A DNA stretch of 64,000 nt from Proteromonas lacertae (taxonomy: Eukaryota). The notes under the pieces were generated by a model. The model had not been told where the DNA came from. It did not search any database and saw only the letters and a program-made list of their open reading frames with translations. Below are positions 46,452 through 61,400 of the stretch, one piece after another (within the stretch, counting starts at the first letter, position 1; each line of letters opens with the position of its first letter). The DNA is taken from contig NGBS01000026.1 in assembly GCA_002245135.1 (NCBI GenBank), positions 1-64,000 on the forward strand, written 5' to 3'. The position numbers were made by a program, and so were the translations under genes.

Positions 46452-49400
46452 AATATGTGAAGATGCTGATAGTCAAAAAGGATCAATCATTGATAATGGA
46501 ATAATTAACATAGAATTTAATGAAAATAAAAATAAGAAGAATATATTAATAGAAGAAGGAGATGAAGATAATAGTTCTATAATAAAAATACAGTTTAAAT
46601 ATGATGAATCAGCTAGTAGAATTGAAGAATTGTTCAATAAAAAGTCAATGAATGTAAAAGTTACAAGAGAAGGTCCTGATAAATATAATGGATATATTTG
46701 GGATATAAGATTTATTGATATTGAGAATTATTTACCTGAACCTACTATTACAGTTATTAATAATGATAATGTAGGTGTATATGTTAATTTTACTCAAGGA
46801 TATCCACAGGAACAACAATCATATTTATTATCTGATTTATCTTTACTAAATGATGGATTTACTATTTCATATAATGGTAAAGAAAGTGGTGAGATATATT
46901 TCAATTATACAAATGAATGTGAAGAAGAATTAGAAGATAAATTGAAGATATTTGAAGATGAATTTGGATTAGTCAAAGTAAAATGTGTTAAAAAAGATAA
47001 TTCAGCTATTAATATTACAGTTAAATTCATTGAATATGTTGGTACATTACCATCTGTTTTAAATATAACTACTAGTGAAGGAAGTTATAATTTTACTAGA
47101 AGTGTTATTGGTAATTCAACAGGAGTTAGTGGATCATTTACATTGAGTTATAATGGTGTAAAATCCGATAATATTCCAACAGATGCAAGTGATTATACTT
47201 TACAAACTATATTGAACAATATTCCTGATATTGGAAGAGTTAATGTAAGTATTGAATCAATAAATAGAATAAATGGATGTAGGAAATGGTTAGTGACTTT
47301 CTTAGATTTAGTAGGAGATATTCCTAACTTAGAAATTGATGATTCAAATCTAGTTGGTGATAAAAGTATGATATATGTAAAAGAATATAAGAAAGGATCT
47401 AAACCAATGTTTAACAGTAGAAATAATAAATTACCCTTATATTCAGTGACATTACCTATTAGTAGAAGTGATTATATATTTACTAACTTGAATAAAGGAG
47501 TTGCTTATTATATCAGATATAAAATGATATATGAGAATGGAACTGAAAGTGAATATTTATATCCACAACCATTGTATGTTATTCCTACAGAATTACCAGC
47601 TCCAATTCCAAAGAATATTACTGTAACTAATAGAAAATTGAATGAATTGGAATTAAAGTGGAATATTTCAACAATTGTTGGTGTAACAACTCCAAATTAC
47701 AATTATCGTGTTTATTATGGTGAAAAACCATTTGTTAATGAAATTCAAAGAATAACCCTTAATACTTCAATTGATTATTATACAGTTGAGATTGAAACAA
47801 AACCACCAAATGATGAAAAATTACAGAGAGAATATCAGACTTTAATTATCAATAATCCTGATAGTAAGTATGTTGATCAAATTGAAGAGTATTATTGTGA
47901 TGCTAAATCAGGTACATTTACCTTAATCAATCCATTAACATCAGAATCTACAATTGATTTACCTTCTTACATTGATGCAGAATATTTAGAATTGGAATTG
48001 AATGCATTATTAAGACCAACTTATACAGTAAAAGTGAATTCTAATAATGAAAAGATGAGATTTTGTAGAGAAGCTCAAACAGATCCATTTGTTATTACAT
48101 TTACATCACAAACTACTGTTCCACAAGGTAAAGTTGTTAGAATTAATACTACAAATCTATCTGGAAGTGAAGCTACAATTTATGACAAAATTATAGTGAA
48201 GGAAAGGTCCAATAAGTGGTAGTTTTTCATTAACTTTCCTTGGTTATACAACTTCAACATTCGATTTAAAATCATTAACAGCTACTGATATTCAAGAAGA
48301 ATTGAATAAACTAGAGGTTGTTGGTGAAAATGGTGTAGAAGTTACTGAAATTGATGATAATGAGAATAATAAAGAAAAGTATATAATTGTATTTAAAGGG
48401 AAGAATTTAGTTGGTGATTTACCATCTCTTTCATTATCTAATGTAAAATTGAGTGGTACAAATCCAACAATTGTTATTTGTTCAAATGGTATTATCAATG
48501 AAGAATGTAAAGAATCTTATTCACAAAATGGATATTCAATGTCTGGTAGTTTTAGAATAGAATATAACAATTATTTAACACTACCAATGTTATATAATGA
48601 AGGTGAAAAATCAATGACAAATAAATTACAACAGTTACCAGGTATTAAACAAGTCAATATAACAAGAATTCCAACTTCTGTTTTTTATACTTACAAGTGG
48701 AGACTTACATTTATATCATTTGCTGGCTCATTCCCAGATTTTATTCCATTAACAAGAGATTTAAATATCAAATCAGCTTTCTTATCATATGGTTCTGAAA
48801 TTACTCTTACAACAATCAGTAATGGAACAGAATCAATATCAAATACGTTTAAAATTGGATATAATGGATATTATACTAATGATTTACCTTGGAATATTTT
48901 ACCAAATGACTTGAAGAATGAATTATATAAAATCCCATTAATTCCACGGATATCTATTACAAAACATACATTATTGAATGGTTATGAATGGATTGTAACA
49001 TTCACAGGATGTAAATATAATGAAAATGGTGTTGAAATATGTCCAAATCATAGTTTATCCTTACTAGAAGCTGATACAAAGGATTTATTAAATGCAAAAG
49101 TATCTGTAAATGTTGAAAGTGAAGGACAAGGATGGAATCAACCATACAAAGATGTTAGTTTATTATCATCCAAACAGAATTCAAGATTGTTACTTGATTA
49201 TACAATTCAAGAATATTCAGCAGTATTACAAGTAGAATCAGGAAAGACATATTATATAGCAGTTTCTAGTCAATCAAACAATAGTGATTATGATGGTGAG
49301 ACTGTGATAGTGAATGATCCAATAACAATTATCAATCATATTCCCAAACAGCCATCAGTTATAACTCTTGTAAGTAGAAATACTAATTCAATGACATTGA

Positions 49401-52400
49401 AATGGAAAGCTCCAGTAGATGATGGTGATAGTGTAGTAACAGGATATGAACTAGAAATGTATGATGTAATTGATTCAAGTGGATGGATAAGAGTTTATGA
49501 TGGTAAGAATGATACTAAGACAACAACAGTTATAGGATTGCCATTAACTCATTTGAAATTAGGTAGAATCTATCAATTTAGAGTTGCTGCTATTAATGAT
49601 TATGGAAGATCAAATTTTAGTGTTATTAGTGAATTTATATGTAATGAGCCAACTGTTCCTGAATCTCCAACAATGCCTATATTATCATCAATAATATTTG
49701 ATAATGATGATAATAATGTTTCACTCATATTGAGATGGAATGATTCATTCAATGGAGGAAGTGAAATAACAAAATATATAATTGGATATTACGAACAGAA
49801 TAGAAAAGAAGATGTTATTGAAGTTGAGATTAAAGTAATTGAAGCAAGTGATGTTTATAGACAAGAGATTGATGATTTAGTATCTGATAGAATATACAAT
49901 TTCTATGTAATTGCTGTAAATGAAAAAGGAAAAAGTCAAAAATCACCAGTATTACCAGTTTTTACAGTAAAAGTACCAAATTCTCCACCAGCTCCAATTA
50001 TTACTCAATTGACAGGTAATTCATTGAGTGTAAAATGGGAAAGTCCAAATTCAATATCTCCAATAGCACCAATATCAGGATATAAGTTATATATGTTTAG
50101 TAATATCAATAAAAACACTTTAGATGATCATTATCCAGTTAAAAATGAAATACAAATGATAAAAGTAGAGAATGCTGTTAATGGAACATTTACAATTGTT
50201 ATATTTGACGAAGAAACAAATGATATACCATACAATGTAACTGCTGAAGAGTTAAAAATGTGTTTAGAAGATTTAGTATCAATAGTAAGAGTAGATGTAA
50301 CAAGTGAAACTGAAGGTGAATATTTAATAACATTTATTAACAATATTGGTAATATTCCATTAATGAAAGTCACTTCAGGAAGATTAATACCAAGAACAGA
50401 AGCAGAAGTTTCTGTAGAAACCATTCAAGAAGGAAGTGAAGCAGTATTAGTGTATGATGGTACAAATAAACCAGAAATATTAAGTAAAGTGATTGATAAT
50501 TTAGTAGATGATGAATCATATGCATTTAAAGTAATTGCTTTAAGTATTGCAGGTGAAAGTATTCCATCTGAATCAAGTTTAACATTCTTTACAAATGAAA
50601 GAGCAAATCCAAAACAGTCATATGCTACTGGTGATGGATTAACAAAAGGTATTGTTGGTATTGTCTTGGAAGTTCAACAATTGAAAATACCAATTGAAAT
50701 ACAGGGTGATATATCTATATTTATGAAAGGAGCATTACCACCATTTGATAATATAACTTATAATTATGAAGTGTATTTGAGTTTATTAGAAGAGACAATA
50801 TCCGAATTAGAATTAACACAACAGCAAGGTGGTGGTATAGTTGGTGATGTAAGATTAACAAGATCATTTGAAACTGGTTATGTTTATTATACTATTTATT
50901 ATAGACATAGAGGTGATTTACCATCTTTAATATTCGCTTATGAAAATGAGAATTATGAAAGTGAAGAATTGATCAAAGGAAGTGATAATTCATTTACTAT
51001 TATTCCTAGAAAATCAAACGGAAATATTATTATTGATCAAATTCAAGATCCAATGTTAAATGGTAAAGATTTATTCTATACAGAATTATACAGGAAGAAT
51101 AATGGCAGTGAATTGGAATGGGTTGAAGATGAAGGAATTGCATACTTATAATCCACAATATTATGGAACAGTTGATTTTACTTGTGATAATAAGTGTAAT
51201 AATAATAATAATAATGTTGTGTTTATGTATGAATATAAAGATGAAATAGTCAATATAACAGTGGATATGGATGATTTAGATAATAATTATATAAAGAATA
51301 AACTTGATAAAGCTGAAATTATTGGTCCAGTTTATGTTGAAGTTGCTACAAATCCTTATAGATTTCATATTAAATTCTTAACTGATTTAGGAGATCCAAA
51401 TAGAATGAATATGGATGGTTGTGGATGTAAGAAAACAAATAGTGTTGAACCGATTAAAGAAGTTCAAGAAATAACATTAATCACAGATAATGATATGAAT
51501 AATGATGAGAATGGTAAATTTACGATTGGAATAGGTGATTATATATCAACAAAATATGTTGAATGGAATATTGAAGCTGATAGATTACAAACTTTATTAA
51601 ACACATTCCCATATTTAGATGGGTGTATTGTGACTAGAAATGAAATAGAAAGTGGTTATAAATGGTTAGTAAGTTTCAATCATTTTGGCAATTATCCTGA
51701 ATTATGGGTTAAAGATGTTCAATATCCAGTTATATCAATAAGAACATATGGTGGAGTTCCAACTTATTTGAGTGGTACATTTCAATTGGTATATAAAAAT
51801 ACAATTGTTAGTGATCATTTGTCATATGATCTATCTGAAGAAGAAATGAAGAAAACAATTGAATCATTATCAAATGAAAATGAAGTTAATGTAATGGTAA
51901 AAAGAGAAGATAAATTATCAGGACAGTTTGAATGGATTATTACGTTTATCAATCCATTGAATATCAATGTGAATGATTTTACTGTTAATACAGATGGAAT
52001 GTTTGGTTCAAAAGATGAAATTAAACCATATGTTGTAATTAGTCAAATAGAAGAAGGAAAAGAAAAAACATTTACCAATGAAAATACTAGAATATATGTA
52101 AAAGAAATAGTATCAGGTTTACCAACTTATACAGGTCATTATGTGCCAAAAGAAGCAGGTGAATATGAATTAGTAATAAGACAATTGATTAATAATGGTT
52201 TAGTTGGTGAATATTATGATAATCCATTCTTTTTTGGAAAACCAGTATTGACTAGAACTGATAAAAATGTTGATTTTAATTGGGATAATTTAAATGATTT
52301 AATTATTCCATATTCTCATAATTATATCAGTGTTAGATGGAGTGGTAAAATCAAAGTTCCAGATACTGCTAAATATAGAATATATATTTCAGCTGATAAT

Positions 52401-55400
52401 ACATTGAAAGTCTATTTAAATCACACTTTATTCTTGGAACAATTAGAAAACAGTGGAATAGAAATTTGGTCTGATATAAAGTTATATAAAAACACATATA
52501 CTGATATTGTAATAGAATATACTCAAATTCATGGAAAAGCTAAACATTCATTTATCTTGGAATAGTTTAATGATTAAGAAAGAAATAATACCACCATCAG
52601 CATTCTATACAGCTGAAAATGTTGGAGGAATTACTCATTCATTACATGTTGAACCAGGAAATGCTGATTATATTTATTCTATTGCATATGGAAATGGATT
52701 AGAAGAAGCTCGAGCAGGCTTGAATTCACAATTTGTAGTTGAAGTTAGAGATATGTATGGTAATAATAAAGATGTTCAAGATAATGATTATAGTTTGAAA
52801 GTGATAGTTTTACATCAAGATAGTAATACAGAAGTTAAAATAACAATTACAAGGATTGATATAGGTAAATATCAAGTAGAATATATAGCAACAAAAAGTG
52901 GTAATCATTCCATATCAATTCAATTGAATGGTATTGATATATACTGTGGTAGAAGCTATGAAAAGAGATGTAGTCCTTTCATAGTAGATGTAATAGCAGG
53001 TCCTGCTTCTTATACAACAACAACAGCGTATGGTGTAGGAATAGTAAAAGGAATTGCTGGTGAAGCAAGCCCATTTTATTATATCAACTTATGATAAATA
53101 TTATAATAAAATATCAATAGGAGGTGAGATATTTAATGTATATTTAAGACCATTAGATGATATTGAATCAATTGTACAAGGTGAAGTATTTGATAGAAAT
53201 GATGGAGAATATGATGTTTATTATACACCTTATAAATCAGGTATTTATAATACAACAATATTGTTGAATAATACATATCAAATATTAGTATTAAATGAAA
53301 CAGCTATTGACACACCACTGATTTATCCAAATCGATTACATTCCAAAACATCAAAAGTTGATGGTGAAAGTGTTGTTAAAGGAAAAGCTGGAGTGTTAGA
53401 ATCATTTAATATCATATCATACGATGAATTTGGTAATTTGAGAGATGGTTTATTGAACTGTATGGATATAATTGATCATGATGCTTGTACAGATGGTAAA
53501 AATGATGTTTTTAGTATAAACATTGAAAGTGTTAATAATAATAATTACTATTATAATACATCAACTGCAATATATGAAATTACATTTGATGATAGTAATG
53601 AGATTGAAACATCCTATTTCTCCCTTGGATTTGATAATGAAGAGAGTTTATTAATGTCATTATATCCATCAGCTGAGACATTACAAATTGTATTAAGTCG
53701 TATTCATCCAGTGAGAGTTAGAAGAATGAAATGAAAATACTTATTATGTAATATGTATTGGTGATTTAAGTTATTGGAAACCTAATAGTTTAAAATCTAA
53801 AACTGAAGGTGTAAATGTTAGATTTTTATCAGAAGAAGGTGTTTATTATACTGAATATGATTTATATGATATTGGTACTTATAATGTGTTTATTTATCAA
53901 ATACTCATCAATTAGAAGGATCTCCATTCACATTAGAAATAACAGAAGGAATAGTAGATGCTGATTCAACTTATGTTTATGGTAAAGGAATTGAAAATGG
54001 TACTGTAGGAGAAATCAATGAATTTTACCTCCAAACTGTTGATAAAAGAAGAAATCAAATACAACATATTGAGTTTTATTATGAACCAATTGATTTATCT
54101 AATACTTATCAATCTCCAATATTTACAATTAATTGTAGTATTAATAGTAATAGAAGTAATGATAATTCACAGTTTTATTTCATTATCGGTGAAGGTAGTG
54201 ATGAATACTAAGAGCGATTTAATTCCATCAAATATTACTTATTCTGATGCTAAGAATACATTCTCAAAGATATTTGGTAATTTAGATTTATCAAAGTATG
54301 ATGGAGGTTTCTGTAGTAGTGAAGGAAATAATCATACTATTACATTATATAGTTATACAGGTAATATAACTGTTTCTGTTGAAGTTAGTGATAATAATGA
54401 AAATGGATGATGATTTAGTAATTGATATGGAAATAGAACAACAAGGTAATTATCCAATTGTTGGATATTATACATTGAAAATAGGTGAATATGAAACATC
54501 AAGGTTATTTGCAAATGCATCAGTGGATGAATTGAAATATGAATTAGAGAAAATACCAATTATTGGTTATGTAGATGTAACAAAGGATTATATAAGTCCA
54601 AAAGCAACAGTGAATAATGTGAATGATGTATTAACAATTCCTTATTACACAATTACATTTAGTTCACAGAAATATCCAGAATATGATGTTAATTTACCAA
54701 TCATTGAAGTAGATAGAAGTCATTTAATATGTGAAACTCATGAAACAGAATTACCTGTTAAAGTTTCATTAATCCAAAATGGAACAATTGGAAATGATTT
54801 ATCATTGAATGATATAAATGAATTAAGTGTAGTGTTAAGAAATGAGGATGTGTATTATCATGAAACTGAATATACATTGAATGAAGCAATTCATACATTA
54901 CATTTAGAATGTTCAATTAATAAATTTGGTTATTTCTATTTATCATCAGCAGAAGTTTCAAGAATGTTAATTAGGACAAATACAACTTTGAATGAATTTA
55001 ATGAATTATTGAAAGAAAGATTCAATTTGAATGTTACAATAAACAGTGATAATGATGATCCAGATAGTCAATTTATATGTAATTACAATTACGAAACTCA
55101 TGTTTATATCCATTTTGAATCAGAACCATATGAACATTTATATGTTATAGCATCTTCTGATTTTGAAGGTTTTGTTCAATTATACACTCAAGATGAAGGT
55201 TCTATTAAGATTATTAAAGATGCTAATGTAAATGGATTGTATAAAGTTTCATATATTGGCTATAAATCTGGTGATTATAATCTGTCAATTACAAGTTAAT
55301 GGTATTGATGTTGGTTCAAGTGATTATTTCCATTTAATTCATTTGAAACCAATTCCAGCAAGTGGACCACATTCAATTCATGATGCAAGATTTGTATCAT

Positions 55401-58400
55401 TTGAAGGAGAAGTAGAAACATTTACTATTCAAATGAGAGATATGTATTTCAACGATATTGAAGAATCAATTCCTAGTGATGAAAATAAAGCAGATTTACT
55501 AGTTAGACTAATAGGAAACTCTGAAAATACAAAGGATTATGTAATTACACCAAATATCACTGAAGATGTTAATAATACAAATGGTAAATATGTAATATCC
55601 TATTATCCTGAAGTAGCTGGTGATTATGTAATTATAATGGAATATATACATCAAGGTGGTTTATTAGCAACATATTATAAATCTGAGGATTTAACAGATG
55701 GTGTTTATGGTAATATAGAATATTGTCCATATCTATTAGCATCTTGTGATTCTACACGAATTGATGAGAATATCAATTTCAATTGGTCATACAAATCTCC
55801 ATTAGATTATTATGATAATTATCCATATGAACATTATTCAGTTAAATGGAATGGTTATATTAAAACAAACACAAGTGATTTATATAACATTTATATCACA
55901 GCTGATGATGGATTTAGATTATATATTAATAGAGAATTAGTGATGGATTATTGGGATAATAGAATTGCTGATCATTTTGTTGAATATAGTTTTGAGAAAG
56001 ATATATTATATCCAATTGTAATTGAATATCGTGAAGTTATTGAAGAATCATTTATTAAATTATCTTGGTCATGTTCTAGTTTTGAAAGAACAATAATTCC
56101 ATCCACTAATTTATATTATCAAAGACATATAGGTAATAGTCCAATTCAAATGACAGTATTACCAGGAGAAATTGATAGTTCGACAACATATGTTGAAACA
56201 GTAAATACAGCTGTTGCTGGTATAGAAACAACAATAACAATAACCTCAAAAGATAGTGGAAATAATACAATATATAATAATGGAAATAATGAATTTGTTG
56301 TAACAATGATTGGATCAAATGATTGGGCTGGAGAAGGAAGAGATGATCAGACATTTACAGGTAAAGCAATTGAAATTGAATCAACAGTTAAATCCAGTAG
56401 ATTGGGAATTATTATGTGAAGCATGTGGAAATATTAATCAGAATAGTAGTTTACTAATTATTACCTCATCTTTGGTTCATAATGTTAAAAGAGGTGATAG
56501 AATATCAATTGATAATGAAATAGTAGAAATAAGTGAAGATGGTGTTTTAGATGGTAGTGAAATACCATTAGTTCAACCATATCGTTCAAAAACAGTAGAA
56601 AATGCAGCAATTTATAAAGTTGGAGAAAATACTGGAAAATATGATATAATCTTTACACCAAAAGTAAGAGGAGAATATAATGTATCAATTCAATTACCAG
56701 AAACTCCAGAAATACAAGAAATTTCGTTTAACAACAGTATTTATGAAGATAATGAAGAGAATTTCATTTCATTTATTTATTCAGATAAAGAAAGTGTAGT
56801 TGTTGATATTAACACAATCACTGTTGATATGATCAAAGAAATATTATATGAATTAAATTCAACAATATTTGAAGATGTAAATGTAAAAATGAATATATCA
56901 TATGATTTATTAACAATACAATTGATATATAGTTATGAAGGACCAATTCCAGAAGTAGTAAAAGTGAATGTAACATTATTATCAAATGAAGATGTAATAA
57001 ACAGTAATTATGATATAAATATAATCAGTTTTGAAAGAAAACAAGTTGGTATTCCAAGATTACATATCAAAGGAAGTCCTTATACATTAACTGTTATTCC
57101 AGGTGAAACAGATCCACTTCGTACTATTACATATGGTAATGGAGTTTCTAGTGATTCAGCAGATAATGAAATGGTATTTTATATTCAATCTAAAGATAGT
57201 GAAGGTAATAACCGAATGGATTCACAAGAAAGAGATATTTATCAAGTCTATTCTACTTATTATTTGGGTGAAGTAAATCCAGTAGAAGCTGATGTTAAGT
57301 ATATTGGAAATGGATTATATCAAGTAAATTATAACTTGACAAAATCTGGTTTATACAATATTGTCATAATGAGAAATATAGTGAATGAAATACAACAATA
57401 TATTGTTAAAGATAATGAGAATAATGAAAATTATACTTTGATATACAATGGATATGAAACAGTTCCATTATCCTATAGATCATCACCAGAAGATGTACAA
57501 ACTGCATTAAATAATTTACCAACATTAAAAGGTGTAAATGTAACAACAAAATATGAAAAAGGTAGTATAATTTACAACATCATATTCCGTTCATTTGCTA
57601 CAACTACAACATTAATCAATTCAAAGAGTGTCAAAGTGATAAGAATACAAAAAGGAGAAGGTGAATTTATTCATTACAATAGTTCCATAACAGAGAAACA
57701 ACATATTGAAATTCCTTTCTGCAATTCATTATCAGGTTATTATTATTTGAATTATAATGGAAATAGTGTATTAATCTATAGAAGTGATAGTAATAACAGA
57801 ATAATTGAAAAGATTCATACAATCAGTGATTTAAGTACAACTGTTATTGAATTTGAATCACAGTTTGATTATACAATAGAATTTGTTAATGAAAATAAAC
57901 TAAACCATACAGTGATAAATCCATTTATATATGGAAAAGTGCCAATTATTTCAATTGAATCTCATTTAGAATGTAGTGATGATAAATCATTCATAATAAA
58001 TCCAATTGTAACAAGAGTTGTAGATGGATATATTGAAGATAAATTGCTTTTATTACCAGGTGTTGTTTCTAGTAATCATATTTTAGCTAAATCTGGGTTT
58101 ATTAATTCAATGAATGAAACTGCAACAGGTACAGGATTAATAACAGGTACATATAATTCAACTACTGATTTCTTAATTGAGTTACATGATAAGTATGATA
58201 ATTATGTTGAAGAAAAGAGAGAATATGAAACTCAAGTATTGGTAGTAGATTGTAAGACATGTGATTTTGTAATTGGATATGAAGGTGATTCTGTCAGATT
58301 ATATGGTTATAATATTACATCAGAAATAATTGAAGAGAAATTAAACTCATTGAAAACTATTGGTGAAGTAAAAGTAAGCAAATATAGTGAAACTGAATAT

Positions 58401-61400
58401 CAAATTACATTTTTAAGTGAATTAGGTGATTTACCATCAATTACTGTAACTCCAAGTAATGAAAATGATATTGTATATATTAGAGATTGTAGTAAATATT
58501 TAACACAAAGAATATTGATAAGATGTAATTCTGATTCATCATTAAGTGGAACATTCCAGTTAATGTATGATAGTTATAAAACATCAAATATTAATTATGA
58601 AGTTAATGCTGAAGAATTGAAGAAGATATTGATAAATGAAATACCTCTATTTGTTGATATTGATGTTTCAATGGAATCTTATGAATCATTTGCATTAGAA
58701 ATAAACATTACATTGAGTAATATTGATAATAATAATAATGATAGATATTTATTTAGAATTGATTATAGTTTAATAATTGGTGATAATGTAACATCCACTG
58801 TGGAGAATGTATGTCCAATTGGTACAAAATATGGAATTATATCTGAAGATTTCTTAATTAGATTATCACCATCATCATCATCATCAGATTCATCTAAATT
58901 AATATTAGGTAATTATGAATATGTAGAAGATGGATTATTATATGCATATTATAAAACACCAAGAGTTGATACATATAAATTACAAATAGAACATGCAGTA
59001 AGAGGTGGATTACTTGGTACTTATCATGCTTCAAGATGGTTAAAAGGTAGTATAATTGGAACAAGAGTTGATTCTGTAATAGATTTCGAATGGCCTGATA
59101 AGATATTAGGTGAAGAAAAGGATATAGTAAGTATAAGATGGATTGGATATATTCAACCAGCTTTTTCAGATTATTATACATTCTACTGTATTGTTAATGA
59201 TGGATGTGCTGTATGGATAAATGGTGAAAAGATTATTGATGAATTTTATAATACATGCCCTGATGATGATGTAATGACATTTAGTGGTAAAACATCAAAA
59301 CCCTTACAAGCGAATGTATTATATGATATTAGAGTAGAATATAGAGATCATATGAACTTTGGTGCAATTCATTTAGAATGGGAATCTACAAAACAAGATA
59401 GATCTATTGTTCCATCATATAGGTTATATTCATCAAAAGAACCAATATCAAATGCTATTCATACAGTTATTCCAATTGCAATTCCATCATTACATGTTGA
59501 AAATCCATCAGTTAATGTTATTAATTCTACATCTTTGATAGTTGAATGGTATTCTCCACTAGATGATGGTGGTGATTATATAACATCCTATAAGATAGAA
59601 TGGTCATCAAATAGAACATTTGATTCATACAGTTTAGTAGTTGATTCGTATGATAATAATAATAATAATAATACAAATGGTTTAGTTTATTCTTACAATA
59701 TTACCAAATTAACAGCTGGAACAAATTATACTATTTCTATAACTCCATGTAATAGTGCAGGATGTGGTGAAGTATGTAATACAATTAAATGTGAAGAAGA
59801 TAATGAATTATTAATCGGTTGTCCAATAGCTAAACCAGCTAGAATTAGTGATATATTTATTGAATTAATTGGTAATACAGATGATTCAGTTAGAGTATAT
59901 TTTAACAAACCAAGAGAACAAGAAGGTGGAGAGAATGGTGCATCAATTGAAAGTTATTTTATGGAAATTAGTGATGATGAATTTGTAACTGTCAAAGAAG
60001 AAATGAACATTCCAATAAGTCAATTGATATTAGGAATATATAAACCAGATTATTATGATTATTTATTAGAAGGATTAAAGTCAGGAAAAACATATCAAAT
60101 CAAATTATCAGCAGTAAATAAAGTAGGAAAAGGAAATGAAATTACTTCAGAAACATTCACTCCAATGACTCAACCTAAAGTAATACCATATGAATTTGTA
60201 ACATGGCAAAATATTGAAGCTGATGTTGATACAACAATTGATCTATCATCAACAGCTCTAAGATTAATATTTGATCCTAGTCCAGATGCTAGAGGTAGTA
60301 ATATAACAGAGTATTTAGTAGAATATTGGACAGTTGGTATTGATGAATTAAAAGCTTGTCAACCAATAGTAAGAGTGAATATATCTGGTAATCCATTCAG
60401 ACTGGAAATAGATGGAGAAAGTACAACTTATTTAGAAGCTTATGCTACAAATACTAATTTATATAATGCTTTAGTTGGATTAAGAGGAGTTAGATCAATT
60501 GATATTTATAGAAATGATAGTGGTAATTATTGGGATATTACATTTACATCATTATGTCAATATAAACCACCAAATGTGAAGATATATATAAATGATAAAG
60601 ATGAATCTGAAATATATGTTCATGATTTACCATCCAAAAGATCACTTGAAGAAATTGAAGAAATAGAAATAATGAATGTAAGTATTATTGTTACTAATAA
60701 TACTGAAGATAAATATGAATATATAATTACAGATTTATTACCAGGTAATTCCTATTCTACAAGAGTAAGTTCATTAAATAGTATGGGTTATAGTATTCCA
60801 CAATATGCAATACCTGAAGTATTATCACCATTAGTACAAAAACCAGAAGCACCAATGGAAGTTATTATTTCATCCAATACATTGATGGATATTCAAGTGT
60901 ATATCAAACCACCAGAGAAAGAGTTAATGGGAGGAGATGAAATAATTAGATATAGAATAGAATGGGCAGTTGAACCACAATTCTTAAAACCATATAATTA
61001 TGAAATTAATGTAACTAAAGATGTGATTGATGATAAAGGATATATTCATTATGAGTTATACAAACTATTTACAGGTGATAGAAATTATGTAAGAGTATTT
61101 TCATACAACATAATGGGATATTCTGTAAATGCAACACTTAGTAAACCATTATATTTAATACCACATCTTCGTCCAGATCCTGTAGAGAATGTTAAAGTTA
61201 ATCCAATGAATAGTTCAGCAATATCATTAACATGGAAACCAGGTTATAATGCAGGAAAGAATATTACTGGATATAGAATTGAATATGATTTAATATCATA
61301 TGATGCAATTAGATTTGGAGGAAGTAAATCATTGTACAGTATGTCACCAGTTTATTCATTACAAACACAAAACCCTCAAGATTTATTAAAAGGAACATTC

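Noticed and set aside
48195..56420. Euplotes-style +1 frameshifting at stop codons
   Set aside because: Domain consensus (ISGSF, IHLSW, VDWELL) requires the shift several codons before the stop at several sites, and no shared AAA-TAR motif exists.
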